DNA of 64,000 nucleotides from Macrostomum lignano (Eukaryota), in contig NIVC01003960.1 of assembly GCA_002269645.1 (NCBI GenBank), forward strand, positions 1-64,000, written 5' to 3'. The first letter of the stretch is position 1; the number at the start of each line of letters is the position of its first letter. The notes beneath the pieces were generated by a model. The model saw only the letters and a program-made list of their open reading frames with translations. It did not search any database and had not been told where the DNA came from. A program made the translations under genes and the position numbers. Shown here in pieces: positions 27,188-37,326 of the stretch.

Positions 27188-27208
27188 ATGATTGGCTCGA
27201 TGTACTGA
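24138..27208 (+). CDS. COPS3: COP9 signalosome complex subunit 3, 446 aa, 3 exons
   Basis: Exons 24138-24604, 25604-25916, 26648-27208 (1341 nt, phases match). N-terminus MSLEEWIVSMRQL resembles CSN3 MASALEQFVNSVRQL; also LTGIHCDLCELCLTAKCLKPAL, YYYYGGMIY, EAYKKWLLV and the PCI domain NWGLVKQVL..IKQNILHLTKTFITLSLSDLA. Confidence 0.93.
24640..25510. repeat. ~32-bp minisatellite filling COPS3 intron 1
   Basis: Unit CTTCATTAGCGACATCCTCATCAGGTGTCACT. Confidence 0.93.
25990..26636. repeat. 20-bp minisatellite filling COPS3 intron 2 up to the acceptor
   Basis: Unit CCCAATCCCCTATCTACTAC; the last unit runs into CCCTGCCGGCAG|. Confidence 0.93.
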
Positions 27209-27377
27209 TTATCGTTTTTTAGGAATTTATTTTCAATTGTTTAGGGCAAAATGTGTCTTCTCATTTTAAATTAATACCAGCTTGAAACGATGAGTTTAGA
27301 ATCGAAGACTATGAGATTAAATTCACAAATTTACTGGTGCCTCTCAGGCTAGGTTATAATTTACACCCTCAAAGGTC

Positions 27378-27575
27378 TTCAGTTGCTGGGCCAGCCTTCC
27401 AGATCCTCAGTTGCTATGTCAGCCTCCCAGAGTGTCAGTTGCTGGGCCAGCCTCCCAGAGTGTCAGTTGCTGGGCCAGCCTTCCAGAGTGTCAGTTGCTG
27501 GGCCAGCCTTCCAGAGTGTCAGTTGCTGGGCCAGCCTCCCAGAGTGTCAGTTGCTGGGCCAGCCTCCCAGATCTT
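27378..27575. repeat. 28-bp minisatellite, ~6 copies
   Basis: Unit CAGTTGCTGGGCCAGCCTCCCAGAGTGT. Confidence 0.92.
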
Positions 27576-28044
27576 CACTTGCATGAATACTATTGGTAGT
27601 TACTGGTTGTCGAACAATCAAGATGAAGTTGAAATTTTCAATAAGTTTCGACTTTCTCCAGTTGTGACTATCTAGATAAGCCTAATTGTTAAACTGTCTT
27701 TTTACTTGGTGTTACTGGCAGTTTATTAAACGTCTTGGCTGCTTATATTGTGAGAGATTGCGCTCTAATTATACCCGATTATGCATGTGTTACGTTTACG
27801 TTATGCGTTTTACAGTGTTTATTAATATTACCTGTTGATTTTGCCTTGCTTTTAATTTCTATAATATGTATACTGTTCTTAGTAAATTAGAATTTCATTG
27901 ATAGTTTAATAGTTCAATACTTAAGGATTAAAAAGTAAACTTCTTAAATTAAGTACAGTGCTATCCTGCATTGAATGCATGCTTAGCTTCGTTATTTATT
28001 AACGCACTCCAAGTTATCGCCTACTGCGCATCAAATCGACCGCA

Positions 28045-28945
28045 ATGCCTGGGTCACGTGATCGACCGCCGCCGCCTCCGGATTTTACATGGACTAAAAA
28101 TTTTATTTATGGAATTGAATGGCGTAAGTCTGTTTTGATTACTGTTGACTTACTTCACACTTCGAATAATTTCCCCGAAGCAGTGCAAAGAAGCATCCCT
28201 AAAAGTGCAAAAAAATCGCATTAGGGTTAGGGTTAGGGCCACTAAAAAGCAAAAAAAGGCCGCTAAAAGTACAAAGAATCGTCACTAAAAGTGCAAAGAA
28301 GCGCCCCTTAAAGGGCAAAGAAGCGCCCCTAAAAGTGCAAAAAAGCGCCCCTAAAAGTGCAAAGAAGCGCCCCTTAAAGTGCAAAGAAGCGCCCCTTAAA
28401 GGGGAAAGAAGCGTACCTAAAAGTGCAAAAAAGCGCCCCTAAAAGTGCAAAGAAGCGCCACTTCAAATGCAAACAATCGTCCCTAAACAAGCAAAGTACC
28501 GTTCCTTTAAATACAAAGTTCGACCCTAAAAGTGCACAGAATCGGCCTAAACTGTTCCGTTAATACGGTTTCCTAGAAAAACCTTTATAAAAGGTTGATT
28601 CGATCCTTTTAGCGTAGACTTATTTTCTGTTGCATTCGGTATCTTTTTTAACCAATTTGTTTTCATTTTATAGTTCGTACACATAATTTCTTGTTTGCAT
28701 CTCAATTTCCTCCACTTATCACCCAAATTTCAGGAAATCCAATGATTCTGGCTCTGTTTCCTCTGCTCCTAGTAGCAATTGTACTATTGGCTCTATGCGA
28801 AAGCTTCCTACGCGGCCTGTTTCCATTTAATCCGGATAAACTATTTAATACGGGCTATCATCAGCAGCCTCATTATCATCATGGGCCGCAGGGTCAGGGC
28901 CAGTTGCTCAGCCATGCGTCTCCAGGGGCTCGAGATGGCTGCTGA
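28045..28945 (+). CDS. Unnamed single-TM microprotein, paralog 2 (96 aa, 2 exons)
   Basis: Exons 28045-28123 (donor GC|GTAAGT) and 28734-28945 (acceptor AATTTCAG|), 291 nt, phase 1. Protein MPGSRDRPPPPPDFTWTKNFIYGIEWRNPMILALFPLLLVAIVLLALCESFLRGLFPFNPDKLFNTGYHQQPHYHHGPQGQGQLLSHASPGARDGC. 15/36 ungapped identities to paralog 1. Confidence 0.75.
28198..28535. repeat. ~21-bp minisatellite in the paralog 2 intron, with (TTAGGG)3 at 28221-28238
   Basis: Unit ~CTAAAAGTGCAAAGAAGCGCCC. Confidence 0.88.
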
Positions 28946-29117
28946 TTATTATTCACCAATTCACCATGTTTAACTAGTATTATGTATTAGCTAAGCCTTA
29001 GCAACTCGCTTCTGTTATAGTCAAAGTCTGTTATGCTCTGCTTTATCTATGAGGTTTTGCCACTGCTGTGATAACTTACGAGCTAGTTTCAGCGGCTGAG
29101 ATATACTGCTATTGCCG

Positions 29118-29330
29118 TCAGCCTCCCAGATCCTCAGTTGCTGGGCCAGACTCCCAGATCCTCAGTTGTTGGGCCAGCCTCCCAGATCCTCAGTTGTTGG
29201 GCCAGCCTCCCAGATCCTCAGTTGCTGGGCCAGCCTCCCAGATCCTCAGTTGCTGGGCCAGCCTCCCAGATCCTCAGTTGCTGGGCCAGACTCCCAGATC
29301 CCCAGTTTCTGAGCCAAACTTCCAGATCCT
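29118..29330. repeat. 28-bp minisatellite, ~7 copies, same family as 27378-27575
   Basis: Unit CAGTTGCTGGGCCAGCCTCCCAGATCCT. Confidence 0.92.
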
Positions 29331-30089
29331 CGTTACCGAGTCAGACTCAAACTTCAGTATCTTCAATACTAATTAGGTCAAGTTATATTGAACCAAAGAA
29401 ATTAAATTTTATCCGACATAGTTACCGTTTGTCCTTAACTTATTACTAACAAAAGGTGTTTTCCTAAGCAAATGCATGTTGAGTTCATTTCCTTCATTTA
29501 TTTATGAACTTGTTAATCTACATTTTCTCATTTACTGTACACCGGAGCCCTCTGTTCGTAATAATCTATCTGGCGTGTTTTAATTCCACTAGTTGGTCCC
29601 GCGCTTGTATGACTACACGCATAGGTATTCGTATATGAGTACTTAAAGATTCTCATTTTTCAGTGTATACTTTATTTCGAATAGTCTGTATTTGTGCAGC
29701 ACTAAACATTGTGAGAATTGTATTGATTTTATTTCCTTTAGTCATTAATATTACTACATGTATGTCTAATTTTGCATGTACACAGAGGCAACTGGTACAA
29801 CCGCTTCTCAGCTATACGAATATATACTCTTGTTTCCTCATATTTTCATTCATTTTGTTAAATATTATTGATTTCATTCATTTAAGAGCGGTATAGAGTT
29901 GTCTAATATTTTGCAGTGCTGTTTTGTCTTGAAGTCAATTTTTTAAAATACATTCATTGAGACTTCTTCCTCCACTAAATGGTTCTTGTTTGTATAATTA
30001 TTTGTTTAGCATATGTCAGGTAGATGTCATTGAGTTAGTTTTTGTCTTGGAGCAACTTAGAGAGACTGGAAACTTATCTCCTCAACACC

Positions 30090-33000
30090 ATGCATGTCGC
30101 CATGGAGCTGCACGGAGCGGCGGCAGCCCCAACTGAATCTGCGGTATTATTGAGTAGCCAATCTCAAACTGCAGAGAACTTGCAACATCACTCTGAGCAG
30201 TCGCCTGATCGGGGCAGCGAACCAGAGCAAGCCGTTCAGGAAGATGATGAAGGCAACTCTGAAGTTAACGAAGATTCAGAAGAGACTGGGCAACACGAGG
30301 CTGAGACTTCCTTAGATGAGTCGGGAAGTCAGCCGCATGAGGACACAATGCCAGCAGAGCAGGAGGAAGAGGTTGAGGAAGAAGAAGCAGAGCACGAAGA
30401 TGAGGAGGAGGCAGAGCACGAGGATGAAGAAGAGGTAGAGCAGGAGGATGAAGAGGAGGCAGAGCAGGATGAAGAGGAGGCAGAACAGGAGGATGAAGAA
30501 GAGGCAGAGCACGAGGATGAAGAGGAGGCAGATCAAGAAGATGCAGAAGAGGCAGGCAATGATACAAAAGACGAATCAACCGATTCAAGCTCGTCAGACA
30601 GCGATAGCGGTCCCTCAACCGATGGTGAATCGGCGAATTTGCGTCACAAATGCGAACAGTGCAACAAATCTTTTGTCTCCAAACGAAATTTAACAGTACA
30701 CAAACGGGTGCACAGCGGAGAAAAGCCGTTCCAGTGCAACATTTGTCAGAAACGGTTCACACAGAGGGCTCACATGAGAAGGCACATCGAAGCGGTGCAC
30801 AAGGACGAATCTGAGCAGCAGAGCGACTCAGGCGATGCCCGTCGCCGCCGCCGCGGTGGCGGCAGAAAAAAGTCGTCAACTGACGTAAAGAAACACGAAT
30901 GCGAGCAGTGCGGTAAAAAGTTCCGATGGAAAGCGGCGTTGGAGGTTCACTTCCGGGTGCACAGCGGCGAGAAGCCCTACCAATGCGAGGAGTGTCCAAA
31001 AAAATTTGCCCGGCCCAGTCACCTGCAGGGTCACGTGGCCGCGGTGCACAAGAAGGAGAAGCCGCACAAATGCCAGCACTGCGACAAAGCATTTGCCGAT
31101 CCGAGCGCTCTGAGAGTTCATACTCGAACTCATACGGGCGAAAAACCATACGAGTGTAAAGTGTGCCACAAGAAGTTTAATCTGTCCAGTCAGCTGAGGG
31201 TGCACTTCAGGCTGCACACGGGAGAGAAACCGTTTCAATGCAACGTTTGCGGCAAGCGGTTTAGCCAGTCTAGCACTCTGTTCTCTCATTTGAAGAGTAA
31301 AACTGGTAAGAAATCCCATTGTTTGTGTGAAGTTTTACTTACTACGGTTCAGAAAGGGTTTTGTATTTGCTGCTAGGCCTAAGAGTGTTGTGGCCTTGTG
31401 GTTAAAAGCGTTGGACTTACGACTGAAAGGTTGAGGGCGGAGGGTTCGATCCTCGACTCATTCGGAACAATTTGTGTCCTTGAGCAAGGCGCTTAACTCT
31501 GCATTGCTTCGGTTGTGCCAGCTGTAAAATGGGTGCCTGCATTAGCTGGGGTAATTGAGGGTGTGTGTGCGGCGACCCCCCAGTCCTTGGACTGAACAGC
31601 CGTACGCAGCCTTCAGATGCGTCGCGCAATAGCTGCGGCTGAGCTGTCGGTTGCACATCTGGCCGAATAATATAGAAGGGCGTTCTCCGGCTGGTGACTA
31701 GGGGGGGGGGAGGGGGCGCTGTATGTGCGATAAAGTATGTGCCTTGAGAAGTTGAGAAAGACTGTGTATAGAGGGTCTTCTACGAGTAATTAATCGCTGT
31801 GCTACTACTATCGGTGTAAATCTTATTTCAGTCCACGTGCGCCGCAACGAGCCTACAGTGCAAATCTATTACGCTCCTGTCGCGCCTCCGCAAGCAAATT
31901 TCTCCGCCGTGCAAAATGTACCGCCACAGCCTCCACCGCCGCCGCCGCCGCCACAACCGCCGCTGCAGGCGCAGTACATGCCCAATTTGCAGCCTAGCGG
32001 AGCAAACAACTGCGAATTGATGCCAGATTTATTGGAGACACTCTACGTGTCTGAAATGATGTCAGCCGGCGCGATGCCGCCTAGCCATCAACAGCAGCCG
32101 GTTAATAATTTTGTAATCAGCGGCGGCGCTGCTGACCAGCAGATGTCGGCGGTGATGCAGAACGGACCGCCACCGCAGGCTAATCTGGCTAGCAGTAGCT
32201 ACAGTGCGGGCGCGCCTGTAATCATAACTCGCTACCGATGCGCTCACTGCATTAAGACCTTCTCTAGCCAGGCAGACCTGGAGAAGCACCAGCGAGTGCA
32301 CAGTGCCGACCGGCCCTACCACTGCAACATGTGCGACAAGCGGTTCCTGAAGTCCAGCCATCTTCGAATCCACATTGCCGGGGTGCACAACAAGGAGCGA
32401 CCGTTCACCTGTCAGTACTGCGGCGGAGGCTTCGCCGACCGCGGCACGCTCAACGTGCACATTCGCAAGCACACGGACGAACGGCCCTACCAGTGCAAGA
32501 TGTGCGGCAAACGGTTCAAAAGCTCCAGCCAGGTCAGCACCCATTCGAGGATTCACACGGGCGAAAAACCGTTTAAGTGTCATCTGTGCGGCATGCAGTT
32601 TCGCATGTCTGGCCATCTGAACTATCATCTGAGGCGGCATAGCAAGGGTGAGTAGCTGTTTTTTTATATTTTGTAGCACTGCACCAAAGCTGCAGACAAA
32701 GTTGTTTGGCCTTATAAATCCGGAAATCCGATCTTACAAAAAATAGCAAATTTAGTCCTGTTAGATTTTGTGAATTAGAAATCTTATCCGTTAGCCGTAT
32801 TTGCCAAACTTTTTCAGGACTAGCTGTCCAGCAGTACCAGCCGTCGCCAGAAGTTATGCCCGGTCCTAATCCGACACCGCAAGACTTGCATCAGCAACAC
32901 CAACAGCATCAGCAGCACCAACAGCACCAGCAACATCAACAGCATCAGCAACATCAACAGCACCAACAGCATCAGCAACATCAGCAGCACCAACAGCACC

Positions 33001-34835
33001 AGAACCAGCAGCATCAGCATCAGCAGCATCATCATCAGTTACCCTCCGAGCTGGAAATCAGTAACTTTGTGCTCAATAGCATGCCTATGGCGCCTATGCA
33101 GCAGCAGCAGCAAAATATACCAACCATGAATGTTCCTAGCACTAGCGGCAGCAACTTCAATGATGCTGCTGCTGCTGCTGTTGCTCCGCCACCTGCCGCC
33201 GTTGAGTCCCGTTTCCGTTGCCTCAGCTGCATCAAGTCGTTTGCAAACCAGGCAGACCTGGAGAAGCACCAGCGAGTGCACAGTGCCGACAGGCCCTACC
33301 ACTGCAACATGTGCGACAAGCGGTTCCTGAAGTCCAGCCATCTTCGAATCCACATTGCCGGGGTGCACAACAAGGAGCGACCGTTCACTTGTCAGTACTG
33401 CGGCGGAGGCTTCGCGACCGCGGCACGCTCAACGTGCACATTCGCAAGCACACGGACGAACGGCCCTACCAGTGCAAGGTGTGCTTGAAACGGTTCAAAA
33501 GCTCCAGCCAGGTCAGCACCCATTCGAGAATTCACACGGGCGAAAAACCGTTCAAGTGCAACGTGTGCGGTATGCAGTTCCGCATGTCTGGCCATCTCAC
33601 CTATCATCTGAGGCGGCACAACAAGCGTGAGTAGCTTTATAATTGTCAACGTTATCACACAGTCAACTTAGGTTCCACAGGATCGATTCGTGTTTGTGCC
33701 TGCGTACGTATCCGTGTGCTTTGATTTTACGTTCAGAAGCTGGTTGAGATTGTAGGCCCAGTTGAAATACCTGCTGTTACAATAGTGATTACGTGTTGGT
33801 TTCGTTCCAGCGCCTGTACAGCCGCCAGAAGTAGCTCAGGGCATGCTTCAGCATGCGGCCGACAATGCGCCCTCAATAGGTCAGCAGCAGTTGCAAGGTG
33901 CTGGTCAAGCCCAGCCTGACTCCTCTCTGAACGATGGCGATTCACCAGCGGGTCATCATTCAGCTCATGCCGCCGCGTCAAGCAGCTATAAGCCGAAGAA
34001 GAACTCAAAACAGACTGACTCTGAAGATGAAGACGATTCCGTTGATCTTGACAACGATTCGGACTCCGACAGGCCAGTCAAGCGTCGGCGTCACCGATGC
34101 GATGAATGCGGCAAGAGCTTTGCTACTAAGCAAACTTTGAAAGTGCACCGTCGAGTTCACAGCGAGGATAGCAAGCCGTACGAATGCGACACTTGTGACA
34201 AACGTTTCTCCCAGTCTGGCCATCTCAAGCGCCACATGGAGGTGGTGCATAAGAAGACTCTACTTCGACGTCTTCTAGAAAGAAATCTAGCTCAGGTAAA
34301 GCTGGCAAATCGGTGAAAAAGAAGCACCGTGCGAGCACTGCGGCAAGACGTTCCCGTGGAGGACAGCGTTGGAGGTTCACCTCCGGGTGCACAGCGGCGA
34401 GAAGCCCTACCAATGCGAGGAGTGTCCAAAGAAATTTGCCAGGCCCAGTCACCTGCAGGGTCACGTGGCCGCAGTGCACAAGAAGGAGAGGCCGCACAAA
34501 TGCCAGCACTGCGACAAAGCATTTGCCGATCCGAGCGCTCTGAGAGTTCATACTCGAACTCATACGGGTGAAAAACCCTACCAGTGTAAAGTGTGCGGCA
34601 AACGATTTAATCTGTCTGGCAGCTGACCAGCCACAATAGGCTGCACACTGGCGAACGGCCTTTTCAATGCAACGTTTGCGGCAAACGGTTCGGCCATTCC
34701 GGCAGCCTGTCCACTCACGCCAGCAGGGTGCACACCGGTGAACGGCCCTACCAATGCCAGGTGTGCGGCAAACGGTTCACCCAGAATAGCGGACTGACCA
34801 CGCACTCTAAAGTGCATTTGAAGCAGCAGAATTGA
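30090..34835 (+). CDS. C2H2 zinc-finger gene A, 4 phase-1 exons, ~25 fingers; frameshifted as assembled
   Basis: Exons 30090(or 30102)-31305 (acidic tract, 6 fingers plus 1 degenerate), 31832-32647 (Pro/Gln-rich, 5 fingers), 32818-33626 (QQH repeat, 5 fingers), 33811-34835 (8 fingers). GT-AG sites and phases match. Single-base deletions at ~33415, 34254, 34328 and 34620 must be corrected. TGEKP-type linkers throughout. Confidence 0.85.
31382..31790 (+). mobile_element. tRNA-derived SINE with CORE-like domain, in ZF-A intron 1
   Basis: A box TGGCCTTGTGG (31391) and B box GGTTCGATCC (31443), then TGTGTCCTTGAGCAAGGCGCTTAAC...CAGCTGTAAAATGGG resembling the CORE/MIR domain. A second copy lies at 43225-43495. 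Confidence 0.8.
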
Positions 34836-36784
34836 ATTAATAACTAATGCCTTCTGTGGCTCATTGCGCTATTCTTCTATTACTTATCAGTTTGTAACTA
34901 TTGCTAGGTGGTACTTAAGTACATTTTAATTTGAGTTGTTTATCATGGTTATAAAAATGCACCTAAGCCATTAGCTATGATATAATGTACTTGCTGTATG
35001 CCTTGTTTTGTTCGTATTGCTACACTTGATCTGCTTTATTTTCTCTCTGTTTATATACACTCGTATATAGGCACAGTTTTTGCTATTTCCCATTGTCTAT
35101 TATCTTCTACCTAAGCAGCATCTTTGTTTTGCTTTTTTTATTGATGCGTTTTATTGTCGACTCATCCCCAATGTTTATTTTTTTAATCACGTCGCTTATA
35201 TCTCATCGCACTTAGGTTGCGATGCACTTTTATTTATAATTATCTCTGCTTGTTAACGGAGAAAGGTTTAGTATAAGCAGCTTAGCAAAAATATTTATTA
35301 TATACTGCTGACTCGCAAAAGTTGCATGCTGTTTATACATTCATTACGATACGGTTTTGCTTGTCACTGTAAGCAGTGAAAATTATGCTAATTTATTTTT
35401 TTTTGTCCTGCTACAATTTTGCGTATATTTTTTCCATTATTTACTCTGTATATGCACGAGTATTTAATTTTGTTCTGGCTAGCGCGATATAAATAAAACT
35501 CTAAAATTAAAAAGCTTCTATAGTCTATGGCCGGGCGAAAGTGGGGGGGGGGTCGTTCCACCCCTCCTCGCTTCTTTCACTGCACTTGTCTATGGCCGCG
35601 ACAGACCGGCTTCGGCCACGCTTATGGGAATGAATGAAGGAATACACTGGATTGCTCATCTGAAATAGTCTATGGTCGAGTTCTTTCCTCCAAACTTGGA
35701 ATTTACCCCCCCTAGGAATCTATTGGCTGATGAAAGTTAAAAATAATCCCCCGTAGGACTTGATTGGATGCTGAATCAGTCCATCAAATACATCTTTGGA
35801 TTTCCCTCAAATTTTCAGCAGCTAGACATGCTTGTAGGTAGAAACGTCTAAATAAAGCATCACGCTGTTGCCTGCGGACGTCTCACCGGCCCTGATCATT
35901 AATGGAGACTGGAATGGGCGACCGGTCTGAGCCCTAACTGGTTTTGTTTTTGATTTAGTAGCGAGGGTTGAAATTACGTCTCCTATTGCTGTATTCTTTC
36001 ATCCATGCTTATGGGTCTCAAAGACAAAGAACTTTAAAAGATGGTTCAGGCCATTCTCGAGGGATTGCAACTTTCTTTTTTTTAAATTCGATTATCTTTT
36101 TGTGTATTTTTCCTTTGCATGCCTGATGTAGCTATGCGCTTGTTATGCGAAGCAATTTTTTAATAAAACTATAGTTTTTTTAGTTAAACTTTTATGCTTA
36201 AGATGTCCTTAACTCTTCTGGGAGCTATCTATTGTTACTATCATAATTTTTTACTTCACTTTTAACTTATTTTCATTGGCTATTTGTTTTATTGAATAGA
36301 CTTGCTTGCTTGCGTGTTGTCTACGAGTAAAACTAAGTGGGTTTTTTCTCTGCAAAGCGTCTTTTCTCTAAAAAATTCTATAAAAAGCTGTATTCTCGTA
36401 TACACACCCTCTGGTTTTTTTGTTATAGTTTGCGTGCTTCTAGTGCAAAAACAACTTATTTAACTATAATCGACTATTTTGCGTTAGTAATTTGTACGTA
36501 CTTCATAGTTATAGTATTGCACCTTGCGTGAATTAGCAGGAATTAATTCAAACTGTCTGCTATAATTACACTTTATTGCTCGTATATATATGACTGCATA
36601 TTGTAGTGCAAAAATATACATTATGGACAAATAAATGCGTCATTTCGTTACTTATTTTTCAGTTTTATTCTAATAGAAACTCCGAAACAAAAGTAGGAAT
36701 TTTCTCGCATATGAGTATAAAGCCCTCTAATGACTGAAGCGACTACTTACGCCATTGCGTCACTAGTAAATCAAAATTTGAACC

Positions 36785-37052
36785 TCTGTAGCTGGCGCCC
36801 CCTCTTTAGCTGTCGCCCCCTCTGTAGCTGGCGCCCCCTCTTTAGCTGGCGCCCCCTCTGTAGCTGGCGCCCCCTCTGTAGCTGGCGCCCCCTCTGTAGA
36901 TGGCACCCCCTCTGTAGCTGACGCCCCTCTGTAGTTGGCTCCCGATCTGTAGCTGGCGCCCCCTCTGTAGCTGGCGCCCCCTCTGTAGCTGGCGCCCCCT
37001 CTGTAGCTGGCGCCCCTCTGTAGCTGGCGCCCCCTCTGTAGCTGGCGCCCTC
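36785..37052. repeat. ~20-bp GC-rich minisatellite upstream of ZF-B
   Basis: Unit ~CTCTGTAGCTGGCGCCCC. Confidence 0.9.
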
Positions 37053-37326
37053 CTCGGATAAAATTTCAAACACTTCCTGACCGAGTTTGGCATCCCCCAC
37101 CGTCACGCAGCATTTCCAAGATGAGGCCCGCATTAGTTTTTGGAGGGAAGTCATCCTTTTAAATTTTAAGGCTGAGGAATACCTTCACACACCGGAACTT
37201 CTACTTTCCGCTTTCCGATCTTCAACTTTCCTCAAACTTTCTATTCACGTGATGTCAAAAGCTACCCGTATTTAAAGGACGACAACAACAGCTGCAGTTT
37301 ATTTATTTATTTGCATTCATGCTCTG

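Noticed and set aside
28078-28123. FTWTKNFIY resemblance to the caveolin scaffolding segment
   Set aside because: Spacing to the hydrophobic segment does not fit and paralog 1 does not keep the motif.
28119-28830. Alternative spliced frames MAKSNDSGSVSS.. (33 aa) and MELNGEIQ*, and reading 28742 as a signal-peptide start
   Set aside because: Only the frame from ATG 28045 is supported by homology to the 18593 paralog; the hydrophobic stretch is then internal.
31385-31460. Possible tRNA gene
   Set aside because: A and B boxes are present but there is no proper cloverleaf; it continues into a CORE-like body and has a dispersed copy, so it is a SINE head.
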